From: a virus
Length of the DNA stretch: 64,000 nt
Strand: one strand, 5' to 3'
IMG/VR virus record: IMGVR_UViG_3300041583_000284
Location: 1 to 64,000 of that record
Shown piece after piece: positions 18,180-28,400 of the stretch (position 1 is its first letter; each line of letters begins with the position of its first letter). Below the pieces are notes generated by a model, which ran no database searches, was not told the origin of the DNA, and saw only the letters and a program-made list of their open reading frames with translations. The translations under genes were made by a program, and so were the position numbers.

Positions 18180-18458
18180 ATGAAATACCTTCTAGCAGCT
18201 CTACTGGCATTTGCGGCGTATCCCGCTCTTGCGATCCAGCAATGCAACACCCGAGAGAGCATCCTCTCGCAGCTTGAGAAAAACTACGGAGAGGTTCGCC
18301 TCATGGCTGGGCTGGCCGGGAACGGCAATATGCTGGAAGTTTTTGCCAACACTGCGACAGGCACTTGGACGATCACGGCGACCAGACCAGATGAGATCAC
18401 GTGCCTGATCGGTAGTGGCGGCAAGTTCGAGGCTATCGAGCCCGGCATAGACGGCTGA
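18180..18458 (+). CDS. secreted small protein (92 aa)
   Basis: ATG at 18180. Signal peptide MKYLLAALLAFAAYPALA. Confidence 0.5.
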   Translation: MKYLLAALLAFAAYPALAIQQCNTRESILSQLEKNYGEVRLMAGLAGNGNMLEVFANTATGTWTITATRPDEITCLIGSGGKFEAIEPGIDG

Positions 18459-18515
18459 TCCGGGCTATCGACGCGGGGCTTATTTCGCGGTATATTCCCG
18501 CCACAGGAGAACCCC

Positions 18516-20381
18516 ATGCCATTCATCAAGCTGCAGTTCCGCCCGGGCATCAACCGCGAGACCACCGCCTACACGAACGAGGGCGGTTGGATCGACGGCG
18601 ACAAGATCCGGTTCCGCGCAGGGCTCCCCGAGACTATTGGGGGCTGGGAGCGGTACAGCCAGCAAGCCATGCTTGGCGTACCCCGCAGCTTGTTCCCATG
18701 GGCAGCGCTGGACAGCAGCACCTATATCGGGGCGGGGACACAGCTTAAATACTACATCCTTGAGGGCGGTACGCCGAACGACATCACGCCGATCCGGGCA
18801 ACCACGGCTGCGGGGGACGCCACGTTTGCGGCCACTAACGGCTCTACCACCCTCGTCGTGTCGGACACCTCCCACGGCGCTGCCGTGAATGATTTTGTCA
18901 CGTTCTCCGCCGCCGTATCGCTGGGTGGGGTGGTCACAGCAGCAGTGCTCAACGTGGAGCACCAGATCACCAGCATCGTCGATTCCAACAGCTATCAGAT
19001 ACAGATCGCCGTCGCCGCAAACGCTTCGGATACCGGGAACGGGGGCGCGGGGACTATTGCTGCCTACCAGCTCACAGTTGGCCTAGATAGCGCAATTCTC
19101 GGCAGCGGGTGGGGCGCGGGGGCGTGGTCTCGCGGCGGGTGGGGCTCTGCAGCGGATGTCAGCATCCCCGGCGCACAGCTGCGGGTATGGAGCCAAGACA
19201 ACTTCGGTGGGGACCTGCTTATCTGCCCCCGCGGCGGGGCTATATTCTTGTGGGATACAAGCGCGGGGCTCGCGGCGCGGGCAGTCAACATCGCGGCACT
19301 TGTAGGGTCTTCTGAAGCTCCGACCGTTGCGCAGCAGGTGATCGTATCAGAGCGGGATCGGCACACTATTGCCTTTGGCTGCGACAGTCAGTTCTCGGTG
19401 GGGGTTGCGGACCCCTTGCTGGTCCGCTTTTCCAGTCAAGAAACCTTGCTTGACTGGGATGTCACAAGCGCCACAAACACGGCTGGGGAAATCCGGCTGG
19501 GGTCTGGCTCCAAGTTCCTCACAGCGGTGCAGACCAAGCAGCAGATTGTTATCTTCACTGATATGTCGCTGCACGCCATGCAGTTCATCGGCCCCCCCTT
19601 CACGTTTGGCACTCAAGAAGTGGCAGCGGGCATCTCCCTGATTGGACCCAACGCGGCACTTGCCGTGGGCGATGCCGTGTACTGGATGGGCCTTGGCGAC
19701 TTCCACATATATGACGGCGCGGTGACCCCGCTCCCCTGCGATGTGAAAGAATACGTGTTCAGCAACATCAACCGGATACAGGGCGCCAAGATATGCACGG
19801 GGCACAACAGCGGCTTTTCAGAAATTTGGTGGTTCTATCCGTCCAGTAATAGCCTGAGCAACGACCGATACGTCGTGTATAACTACGCCCAGAAACTCTG
19901 GTATTACGGGACTATGGACAGGACCGCGTGGGCGGACACGGGGCTTGTGCAGTACCCTCTGGCCTCGACGAGCGATGGGGAGGTGTACTTCCAAGAGTTC
20001 GGTCTGGACGATGGGAGTACCAACCCTCCGGTGGCGCTGGCCCCCTACATCGAGTCCAGCGTGGTCGATATGGGCGAGGGCGATCAGTTCATGTTTGCTT
20101 CGCGGCTTATTCCTGACATCACGTTCCGGTCGTCCCCTGACAGCGGGCCCTCGGCTACGATGACGATCTCCGCACGGAACTTCCCGGGCGACGCCTTCAG
20201 TGGTGCCGATGCAAACCCTGTGGTCAAGACGGCCACGCTGCCTGTTGAGAGGTTCACGGACCAGCTCTTCATCCGCATCAGGGGGCGGTCAATGTCTTTG
20301 CGGATAGAGTCCGCACAGGTTGGAACTGCTTGGCGACTGGGCAGTCCCCGGCTTGAAGTCCGCACCGATGGGAGGCGATAA
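18516..20381 (+). CDS. large virion structural protein (tail/nozzle-like, 621 aa)
   Basis: AGGAGA RBS. Size and position ahead of the ejectosome-like genes. Function inferred from position. Confidence 0.55.
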   Translation: MPFIKLQFRPGINRETTAYTNEGGWIDGDKIRFRAGLPETIGGWERYSQQAMLGVPRSLFPWAALDSSTYIGAGTQLKYYILEGGTPNDITPIRATTAAGDATFAATNGSTTLVVSDTSHGAAVNDFVTFSAAVSLGGVVTAAVLNVEHQITSIVDSNSYQIQIAVAANASDTGNGGAGTIAAYQLTVGLDSAILGSGWGAGAWSRGGWGSAADVSIPGAQLRVWSQDNFGGDLLICPRGGAIFLWDTSAGLAARAVNIAALVGSSEAPTVAQQVIVSERDRHTIAFGCDSQFSVGVADPLLVRFSSQETLLDWDVTSATNTAGEIRLGSGSKFLTAVQTKQQIVIFTDMSLHAMQFIGPPFTFGTQEVAAGISLIGPNAALAVGDAVYWMGLGDFHIYDGAVTPLPCDVKEYVFSNINRIQGAKICTGHNSGFSEIWWFYPSSNSLSNDRYVVYNYAQKLWYYGTMDRTAWADTGLVQYPLASTSDGEVYFQEFGLDDGSTNPPVALAPYIESSVVDMGEGDQFMFASRLIPDITFRSSPDSGPSATMTISARNFPGDAFSGADANPVVKTATLPVERFTDQLFIRIRGRSMSLRIESAQVGTAWRLGSPRLEVRTDGRR

Positions 20382-20632
20382 TGGCGTCCACTAACCCAGC
20401 ACCGTTTTTTGCGGCACCCCCGGCGGCGTACGACCAGCGGTACTTTGCACAGGTCACACGTGCGTTTTCTGTGTTCGTACAGCAGACTAGAAACCCCGGG
20501 CCGAATGTGGCGTCCACGTTGCGCCTGACCAATCTGGCTGTCCATGCAGACAACGCCGCCGCCGTTGCTGGGGGCCTGTCTGTGGACGACGTTTACAAGA
20601 CCGCGACGGGCGAGCTCCGCATCGTGGTGTGA
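20381..20632 (+). CDS. hypothetical virion-module protein (83 aa)
   Basis: TAATG coupling. Confidence 0.5.
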   Translation: MASTNPAPFFAAPPAAYDQRYFAQVTRAFSVFVQQTRNPGPNVASTLRLTNLAVHADNAAAVAGGLSVDDVYKTATGELRIVV

Positions 20633-20688
20633 CCTAGCATTTCTCGTAGGATCTTGCTATTCTGCGCGCAGCCTTCAGGAGATAACCC

Positions 20689-21840
20689 ATGGTACTGCCC
20701 CTTCTATTTTCCTTCCTCGCCCCGCAGCTGCTCGCTGGGACCGGTATGTCGGCCCTCGCCGCAAGTGCGCTCGGTGCGGGTGTGGGGGGCGCTGTGCAGA
20801 CAGGAGACCTCGAGAAGGGCCTGCTCACTGGGCTTGGGGCGTTCGCCGGCGGATCGCTGCTGGGCCCTCTCATGGGCGGAGGTGCGGAGGCGGCGGCGCT
20901 GCAGCCGGGACAGGTGGCCACAGGCACGGGCAGTAACGCCGCGACAGCGCTTGCACCGGGTAACCCGGGGATCACAGGGCTGCCACAAGCTGCGCTGCTG
21001 CCTCCGCCAGCTGCTCCATCAGGCATGTTTGGCAATATGATCGGGGATGCCAAGGCGTTTGCGATGTCCCCAACGGGCATGGGTGCAGGCCTTGGTGCTA
21101 TGGTGGGCCCAGAGCTCTCAGGCCTGTTCAAGGGCAAAGACGATGGCAAGAAGACCAGCAAGTACGCAAACACTGAGATGTCACCGATCCCGAGGATACC
21201 CACGATGCCCGGTGCAGATTACCAGCCCGGCGTTTCTGGGGAGTTCAACTACGGGGTCGGCACGCCCCAGTCCGCGGGGGACATCATTGATTATAACCAG
21301 AAGAGAAACCGCTTCGCCGATGGGGGCATGATCCAGCGGTTCGCGAACCCCAACATGCCGGGCCTTGGCCCCGTCCGTCTTGCGAGCGGGGGTATCGTTG
21401 CCTTGGCCGAGGGCGGCGAGATGCCCCAGCAAGCGCCAAACGAGCGAGAGATCGTATCGGGAGCCGTCGCTGCTATCAAGGGCAACTCAGCCCAGCCCGA
21501 AGCGGCCCTCGGCCTGTTCCTTGCCACCTACGGGGAAGAAGCCCTCCGCGACCTTGTGGATAAGGTGCAGTCTGGCGCAGTGGACGAGACCGCCGAGAGG
21601 TTCCGCAGCGGAGAGAACGGCGAAGTCCGAGGCGTTGGCGATGGCTCTGGCACAGATGACAAGGTGCCCGCACGGATGGCTGACGGCTCTGGCGATGTGT
21701 TGTTGTCCGACGGGGAGTTCGTGATGCGCAAAGATGCCTCCGATTCTCTGGAAAAGCAGTTCGGAGACGGCTTCCTTGATGAGGTCAACGACGCCGGGCC
21801 CGGGGCCGGAAACGCCGCGAAGCGCCGGGTGGCCGCATGA
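20689..21840 (+). CDS. Gly/Ala-rich membrane-active virion protein (possible internal/ejection protein)
   Basis: AGGAGA RBS. N-terminal hydrophobic glycine-zipper segments (LLAGTGMSALAASALGAGVGGAV..GLGAFAGGSLLGPLMGGG). Confidence 0.55.
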   Translation: MVLPLLFSFLAPQLLAGTGMSALAASALGAGVGGAVQTGDLEKGLLTGLGAFAGGSLLGPLMGGGAEAAALQPGQVATGTGSNAATALAPGNPGITGLPQAALLPPPAAPSGMFGNMIGDAKAFAMSPTGMGAGLGAMVGPELSGLFKGKDDGKKTSKYANTEMSPIPRIPTMPGADYQPGVSGEFNYGVGTPQSAGDIIDYNQKRNRFADGGMIQRFANPNMPGLGPVRLASGGIVALAEGGEMPQQAPNEREIVSGAVAAIKGNSAQPEAALGLFLATYGEEALRDLVDKVQSGAVDETAERFRSGENGEVRGVGDGSGTDDKVPARMADGSGDVLLSDGEFVMRKDASDSLEKQFGDGFLDEVNDAGPGAGNAAKRRVAA

Positions 21841-22265
21841 GCGAGGTCCAGTGCCTCGCTGTGCACCGTGAGCACCTCGCTCACATCTGGCCTGTGGTTG
21901 AGCCTATGCTTGCAAAGGCAGTGCTCACCGCCCCGGACAAGGTCGCAGTCGATGACATCCTAGCAGGGGCGCATGCGGGGGCATACGTGATATGGGTTGT
22001 CACAGTGGACGGCACTATCACAGCGGCGATCACCTCACGGGTTATTGAGTACCCCCTGCGACGCGCCATGGCCCTCGACTGGATCGGGGGCACCCGCATG
22101 AAGGTATGGTTCGGTCTGGCGATGCGTGTTATGAAAGAGCATGCCGCCCGCAACGACTGCGCGCACATGGAAGGCTACGGCCGCGAGGCTTGGATGCGGT
22201 GGCTTGGCAAAGAGGGTTGGCGCCCGGAGTACGTGGCGTTCAGGATGGAGCTAGACAATGGGTAA
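21837..22265 (+). CDS. hypothetical protein (142 aa), possibly acetyltransferase-like fold
   Basis: ATGA overlap. The fold guess comes from the general pattern only. Confidence 0.45.
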   Translation: MSEVQCLAVHREHLAHIWPVVEPMLAKAVLTAPDKVAVDDILAGAHAGAYVIWVVTVDGTITAAITSRVIEYPLRRAMALDWIGGTRMKVWFGLAMRVMKEHAARNDCAHMEGYGREAWMRWLGKEGWRPEYVAFRMELDNG

Positions 22266-23277
22266 AGGTGGCGGCAATACCACTTCAACAGTTACGCAGC
22301 AAAACATCCCTGATGAGTTCAAGCCGTATTTCGAGCGGATGCTCATCCGGGGCGAAGCCGCGTCCCAAGAGCCCTACACCCCCTATGGGGGCCAGCGCTT
22401 GGCTGGGCAGACCGGTGACACACTTGCCTCGCAGCAGATGGTGCGTGACATCGCCTCCAACCCACAGCCGGGGCTGGATCTTGCAACAGGCATGACGGCG
22501 AACAACGCGCTCTCCGCGCAGGGGATGTCGGGCCAGCCTAACGCCCAGTTCTCAGAGTTCGGGTTCTCTCCCGTGCAGCAGTTCTCCGGGGACGCTGTGC
22601 AGCAATACATGAACCCGTACATGCAGAACGTGGTGGACATCCAGAAGCAGCAGGCTGCCTCGGACTACCAGATCGCGCAGCAGTCTCGGAACGCCGGGGC
22701 TATCCAAGCAGGGGCCTTTGGGGGCTCGCGGCAGGCCGTTGGCGAAGCTATGGCCGAACGAGACCTGCTGACCCGCACCGGGCAGATACAGGCGGAGGGG
22801 CTGTCAAACGCCTACACCGACGCCCAACGGATGTTCGAGGCTGACCGCAACGCAGGGTTCATGACCCAGCAAGCGCAGGCTGGGGAGCTTGGGCGCGTGC
22901 AAGGTGCGCGGGCAGGTGAGGGTCTATCCCGCGATCAGTTCGGGCTCGACGCTCTCGCGCAGTCCAGCGGTATGGCCCAGCAGCTCGCAGGGCTGTCAGA
23001 GCAGGCACGGTCTGGCGATATTCAAGCAGCGCAGCTGCTCGAGGTCATGGGTCGGTCCAATGAGGCACGCAGTCAGGCAGGCATGGACATTGCCTATCAG
23101 GACTTCTTGCGCCAACAAGGCTACCCGATGGAGCAGCTGCAGCAGTTCTCGGCCATGATTAACGGGCTCCCCGTGCAACCAGCGGGCACCACGAGCACAC
23201 AGACGCCCTACAACCCCGTGCAGCAGGCGCTGGGCATGGGTATTTCGGCCCTCGGCCTCTACAAAGGGATGCAGTGA
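22258..23277 (+). CDS. Gln/Gly-rich virion protein (339 aa)
   Basis: The start overlaps the upstream gene. Low-complexity Q/A/G-rich protein. Confidence 0.55.
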   Translation: MGKGGGNTTSTVTQQNIPDEFKPYFERMLIRGEAASQEPYTPYGGQRLAGQTGDTLASQQMVRDIASNPQPGLDLATGMTANNALSAQGMSGQPNAQFSEFGFSPVQQFSGDAVQQYMNPYMQNVVDIQKQQAASDYQIAQQSRNAGAIQAGAFGGSRQAVGEAMAERDLLTRTGQIQAEGLSNAYTDAQRMFEADRNAGFMTQQAQAGELGRVQGARAGEGLSRDQFGLDALAQSSGMAQQLAGLSEQARSGDIQAAQLLEVMGRSNEARSQAGMDIAYQDFLRQQGYPMEQLQQFSAMINGLPVQPAGTTSTQTPYNPVQQALGMGISALGLYKGMQ

Positions 23278-25454
23278 TGAATATCCTCGACCAGCAGGAT
23301 AAACTCAAAGGGCTGTCCGAGCAGCAGCTCGTGTCCGAGATGCAGATGCCCACGGGCCAGATGCCACAGTTCCTTGTGTTGTCGGAGATCACCCGGCGCA
23401 AAGGGCTGCGCGATGAGATGGCGGCACGCGAGCAGCGGGGGCCCCAGTCTACCGTGGCCGAGGAGGCCGTCGCTGCTGCAGGTATGCCCCAGCAGGGTCT
23501 GGGCCGTATGGCCGCAGCCATGGCACCGAAGTCTGACGTTGTTGGCAACACTGGCATCGCCAGCCTGCCACAAGCCCCGCAAGCCATGGCCGAAGGCGGC
23601 CGGGTCGGCGGGCAAACTTATGACGTGCCTCCGACAGCATATCTTCGGGACCCCGCGGTGCAGGCGCTCGCCGCTCGCATGGGTATCCGCCCCGCACAGA
23701 TGTGGGACCAGATGTCCGAGGGCCAACGGGCAAGCGAAGTCGCGCGTCTCGCAGCGCAGGACAACAACGCGTCGGGCCCCGTTACCCGCGAGGACTTCGT
23801 TGCAGGGCTCACGCAGATGGGGAGCGGGGTAAACCCCAGCTACGACCCTGTCGCCACGGAACAAGGCACCCGTGCAGACTTCATCATGCCCTCACAGGGA
23901 GACATGGATCGCCGGTTCAGCGAGACTGTCGTGCCCCGGGGGTTCCCACCGAACCTCAGCCCACAGCCTGCGTCCACCGGGTTTGGTGTGCAGCTGCCCT
24001 CCATGCAGGACGCCCCGGGGGTGTTTGGCGCTCCGCAAGCACCGGGAGTCGATATTGACCTTGACCTGACGGGGCCAGCCTTCGAGCAGCAGGGCCGTAG
24101 CCCAGCTATGCCCGCGTCGTTCCCCTTCAACCCAGACGCTGCGGCGATGGCCTTGGGGCGGACAGACTTTGCACCGAACATGCTGCAGGCGTCCCAAGCG
24201 GGCTTGGAAGAAGACCGCGCCGCGCGCAAAGATTTTGGCGCGAAAACCGATGCCGCTGTGCGCAACTTCCTTTTTCCGGGCCCAGACCCGGCCGTCGCCG
24301 CGCGTCTTGCAGAAATCACAGCTGCAAACCCTCCTGCTGTCAAAGACTACAGCGCGATGACCCCCAACCAGCTGCGGGCTGCGATGCTCGCCGCGGAGAC
24401 CCCCAGCCTTGGGGAAGGGTTAGGTGCCCTAGCAGGACGCGGGGCCGGGGGTATTCGCAACGCAGGCGAGGTTGTCCAAGGCGGGCTGGGCACCTTAGCA
24501 GCGAGATTGGGCTTCCCTGATGCGGGGGCGTTCATGTTCGACCAAGCTGACAAGACTGCGAGTCTGAGCGCGCAGCGTGCAGGGGAGTCGGTCGAAGCTG
24601 CGGCTGCCAGAGCGGCAAAAGTGGCGGAGATAGGAGCAGCAAGCACGGGTCTGGCACCCGTGTCACCTGTGCAAGACCTCCAGCGTAGGCCTGAGCCGAG
24701 ACCAGACCCCGCAGCCTTAGAGGCCGCGATACAAACCCGCGTAGCAAATGAGGCAGCTGCTGCGCCCGCGGTTACGCCTCCGGCCCCTGCGGTTACGCCG
24801 CCGGTTCCAGATACGGCGACGGACCCTGTGGCAGACCCTGCTGCCGCCCCAACAGCCAACCCTGCTATTGCCGCGGGCGCTGGTGGGTCAGGTGGGTCAG
24901 GTGGGTCAGGCGGATCAGGCGGCGCGGCTGCCACAGGCGGCATGTCTTCCTACGAGCAGGAGCTTACCAACGCCATCACCCGTGGCGAGAAGCGCGCGCA
25001 GCAGGACAAGTGGCTGGCACTGGCACAGGCTGGTATGGCCCTCATGTCGTCCAAAGAGCCAACGCTCGGTGGCGCCCTCGGCGAAGCTGGGGCCACAGGG
25101 CTTGCTGCGTTCCGCGGCAGCCGCGACTCCGCAGAAGAAAGCCGCATGAAACTGCTAGAGCAGCAGTTCGGTGTGCAGATGACCCGTCAGCAGATGGCCA
25201 TGGCACAAGCCAAGGCAGCGAGAGGCGGTGGCGGCAGTGGCGGGTTGACCCCACTTCAGCTGATTAAATTGCAGCAGGACGAGCAAAAAACCCTCCTATC
25301 CGAGATTGAGGTGTTGAGCGGTATGGCGGGGGACTTCAATTTGACAGAGGCCCAGCGTATGCAGGCAACCGAGGCTATGCGAGTCAGGATGGACCGCGCG
25401 TTCGGAGGGGCGTCCGTCGCCGCTGACCGCCGTGACTCCATGGCTATCCCTTAG
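23277..25454 (+). CDS. large Ala/Gly/Pro-rich virion protein (possible internal/ejection protein, about 725 aa)
   Basis: ATG at 23277 (TGATG coupling). Contains a (GGS)n linker at 24886-24925. Confidence 0.55.
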   Translation: MNILDQQDKLKGLSEQQLVSEMQMPTGQMPQFLVLSEITRRKGLRDEMAAREQRGPQSTVAEEAVAAAGMPQQGLGRMAAAMAPKSDVVGNTGIASLPQAPQAMAEGGRVGGQTYDVPPTAYLRDPAVQALAARMGIRPAQMWDQMSEGQRASEVARLAAQDNNASGPVTREDFVAGLTQMGSGVNPSYDPVATEQGTRADFIMPSQGDMDRRFSETVVPRGFPPNLSPQPASTGFGVQLPSMQDAPGVFGAPQAPGVDIDLDLTGPAFEQQGRSPAMPASFPFNPDAAAMALGRTDFAPNMLQASQAGLEEDRAARKDFGAKTDAAVRNFLFPGPDPAVAARLAEITAANPPAVKDYSAMTPNQLRAAMLAAETPSLGEGLGALAGRGAGGIRNAGEVVQGGLGTLAARLGFPDAGAFMFDQADKTASLSAQRAGESVEAAAARAAKVAEIGAASTGLAPVSPVQDLQRRPEPRPDPAALEAAIQTRVANEAAAAPAVTPPAPAVTPPVPDTATDPVADPAAAPTANPAIAAGAGGSGGSGGSGGSGGAAATGGMSSYEQELTNAITRGEKRAQQDKWLALAQAGMALMSSKEPTLGGALGEAGATGLAAFRGSRDSAEESRMKLLEQQFGVQMTRQQMAMAQAKAARGGGGSGGLTPLQLIKLQQDEQKTLLSEIEVLSGMAGDFNLTEAQRMQATEAMRVRMDRAFGGASVAADRRDSMAIP

Positions 25455-25496
25455 CCGCAAATAGCGTATACTGCGCCCTAACCATGGAGGCGCAGT

Positions 25497-28400
25497 ATGG
25501 CTATTCTCACCATCCCCGGGCAGTTCAGCGGGAAAAACTACACTGTGAACATCCCCGGCGAGACGCCGTCGGTCGATGAGCAAAACAAAATTGATGCTTT
25601 TGTTCGCCAGCGGGAATCTGATTTTCTCGCAGAGTACGAGCAGGTTTACGGCAAGCCCTTGGATACGGGCGAAGGCTCGGGCTTCGGCAACTATCTTGGC
25701 GAGATACCCAAAGGTCTGGCCCGGGGTGCCGTTGGCATGCTGGAGACTGGCGCGCTCGGCGCTGCTGCCTTGCTGCCTGAGCGCTTCGAGGACCCGACGC
25801 GGGAGTTTATTCGTGGCACGGCCTACAACCTTAAACCCCAGACAGACATTGGCCTCGAAGACAGCCTCGTGGGCAAGCTCTCGGAAGGTGTGGGTTCTTT
25901 CGCGGGCATCCTTGCTGCTGGTGCGATTAACCCCGCAGCGGCCGTGGCCTTGGCTGGCGCAGCGGGTTCCGGGGAAGCCTCGGAGCGGGCCCGTGCCAAA
26001 GATGCAACAGAAGAAGAGCGCACCCTCGCTGCGGCACTGGGCCTCGTCCCCGGCATGTTCGACTACATCCCTGTCGCGCGAATTTTTAACCGGCTAGGGG
26101 CCACGAGAACACGGGGCCTGAAAGCCTCGTTGGGCCGCATCCTCCAGCAGAGCGGCGAGGAAGCCTTGCAGGAAGCCGCGCAGGAAGTGGCGCAGAACCT
26201 CATTGCGCAGGGCGTCTACGACCCTGACCAAGACGCACTTGGTGGCGTTGGCGAGGCGGCAGCACTTGGCGGCGGTGTTGGTGCTATCGTGCAGGGGCTC
26301 GTAGAGCTTGTACTCCCCGGCAGACGGCGCGGTGCCGCGACAGGCACTGAGGCAGGAGAGAGCGCGGATGCAGGCACTGAGGCCGGAGAGAGTGCGGATG
26401 CAGAGCCGTTCGACGATGCGGACATGCTTTTTCCCCCGGGGATGGAGATGCGCCCCGCCATCACAGGCGACGCCTTCGCGGCGCTCACACAGCAGCAGCA
26501 AGCCCAAGAGACTGCGTTCGCACAGGCTGAAAAGTTTGTGGTGCAGAAGCAGATCTTGGCAGACGCTGCCAACGGCATGTCTACGGCCGATAGCGCCAAG
26601 AAGCGGCGGGATACGATCAAAAACCTGACCGCAGGTGTTGAAAAGGGGGCTCAACTCGGGGTCCTGACTGATTTCGTGCAGCAAGTGCGCAACCGCATTG
26701 GTGTCCCTGTTGTGAGGCCCGAGCCCGAGTTCTCCGCAGACGACCAACTAAAGCTAGACAAGTGGCGGGCTTCGACGAAAGCGTTTCTCGACGCTGGGAA
26801 AAAGGCGGGCCCCGAAATGGTCCCTACGCCAGTAAGCGGGACGCAACTCACCGCAAAACAAAAGAAAGCTGCGGAGGCAGCTGCGAGGAAGGCTGCGAAG
26901 GAAGCTGCTGCGGGCGTAGTGCCCCCTGCTGCCGCTGTGGAGCCTGTTGCCACTGCTGATGCAGGCCCCCCTGCCGCCATTGCTGATCTGTTCGCTCCCG
27001 CCGCCACTGCGGAGCCTGTCGTCACACCTGCCGCCGCCACTGCTGATCTGTTCGCTCCCGCCGCCGCTGCGCCGGTTATCGCTTCGGCTGATGCTGTCGC
27101 TGCTGCACCCGTAGGTGCGCCTGTCGTCGCTACGCCCCCTGCCGGCGAAACCCTGTTCACCCCAGAGTTTGTGCAGTCGCTCGGATTTTCTAAGGGGTCG
27201 CCTGTCACAAAGGCTGCGACAGCTCCTGCGGGAGTCCTCGCGGGCAAACCCTTGTCTGACCCTGCGGTGCAAAAACGACTGAAGGAGCTGTTGGCCAACG
27301 CTCAGGTGCCGTCCGCGAACAAAGCCGCGATCCGCGCTGCGATGGCTCCTGCACCTTCAGCTGCTCCTGTGCTCGATCCTGCACCCACGGCTTCTGTGGC
27401 CGAGACGCCTGCACCCACTGCGTCCGTGGCCGAGCGCGAGCCTATGCGTGGGGCGATCCCCGGCGAGGTGTCGGGTACAGCAGGACAGAACATCGCCCAA
27501 GGGGTCCGCGGAGTAGCGTCTTCCCCGGCACCATCAGTTGTGACCCCCACAGCGGCGGCAAACCCGAATGACAGCAAGGCGCTGGGCGAGCAGATCGCGG
27601 CCTATGTGCGCAGCACGCTGCCGCAAGAGCAGCAGGACTTCCTCTACGCGGGAGGAGCTGGGTTTATCGGGGTGGACTCTACGGATGCCACAGATAAGAG
27701 CCTCATTCTTGCGCTGCTCGCGCAGGGTGGAGCCAAGACCCCAGAGGAGAAGGCCGCGAAGAAGTTCTTCTCAAAGTTTACCAACCCCACAGAAGCCTTG
27801 GAGGAGATCGCTGCGCAATCGGTGCTGTCCCCAAAAACCTTTGACAAGCGCGGCGACTCTGCTGAGGCTTCCGCGTTCTACGCAGGGATGGGTAGTGATG
27901 CTGCTGTTCTGGCAGGCAAGTGGGCGCTCACCCGCGTGTCCGCCCCGGCGCGCGCTGCGTTCCGCAAGGCTCGGCAAGATGCCCGGTCTGCGAAGGCCCG
28001 CCTCTATGTGCAGAGCACCGCTGGCCAAGACCCGGTGACCACCCCACTGACAGCAGTCAATACGGAAGCCCCCACCGCAGAAGAAAAGGCAGCTGGGGAG
28101 GCAGCGTTCGCTGCGCCGATCACGCCTGAAGAGCGAGCCGGGTGGGCGACTGGAGTCGCAGAGGCGGCAGAAGCTACCAAAGCCGAACAAAACCTTCTTC
28201 GGGCAGAGCGGGCCGCCGCCCTTGCGCGACGCGACGCCGAACCTGCAGCGATCAAGCGGGCAGGGCTGGCTCTTCTCCGGGCCCAGCGGGAAGCTGCGAT
28301 GACCCCAGAAGAGCGTAATGCCCGGGCTCAACGGGACATGGCGAAGCGTGCGGCTGTGAGTGCAGAGCAAGACCTTGAGAATGCGGTAGACATTATCATG

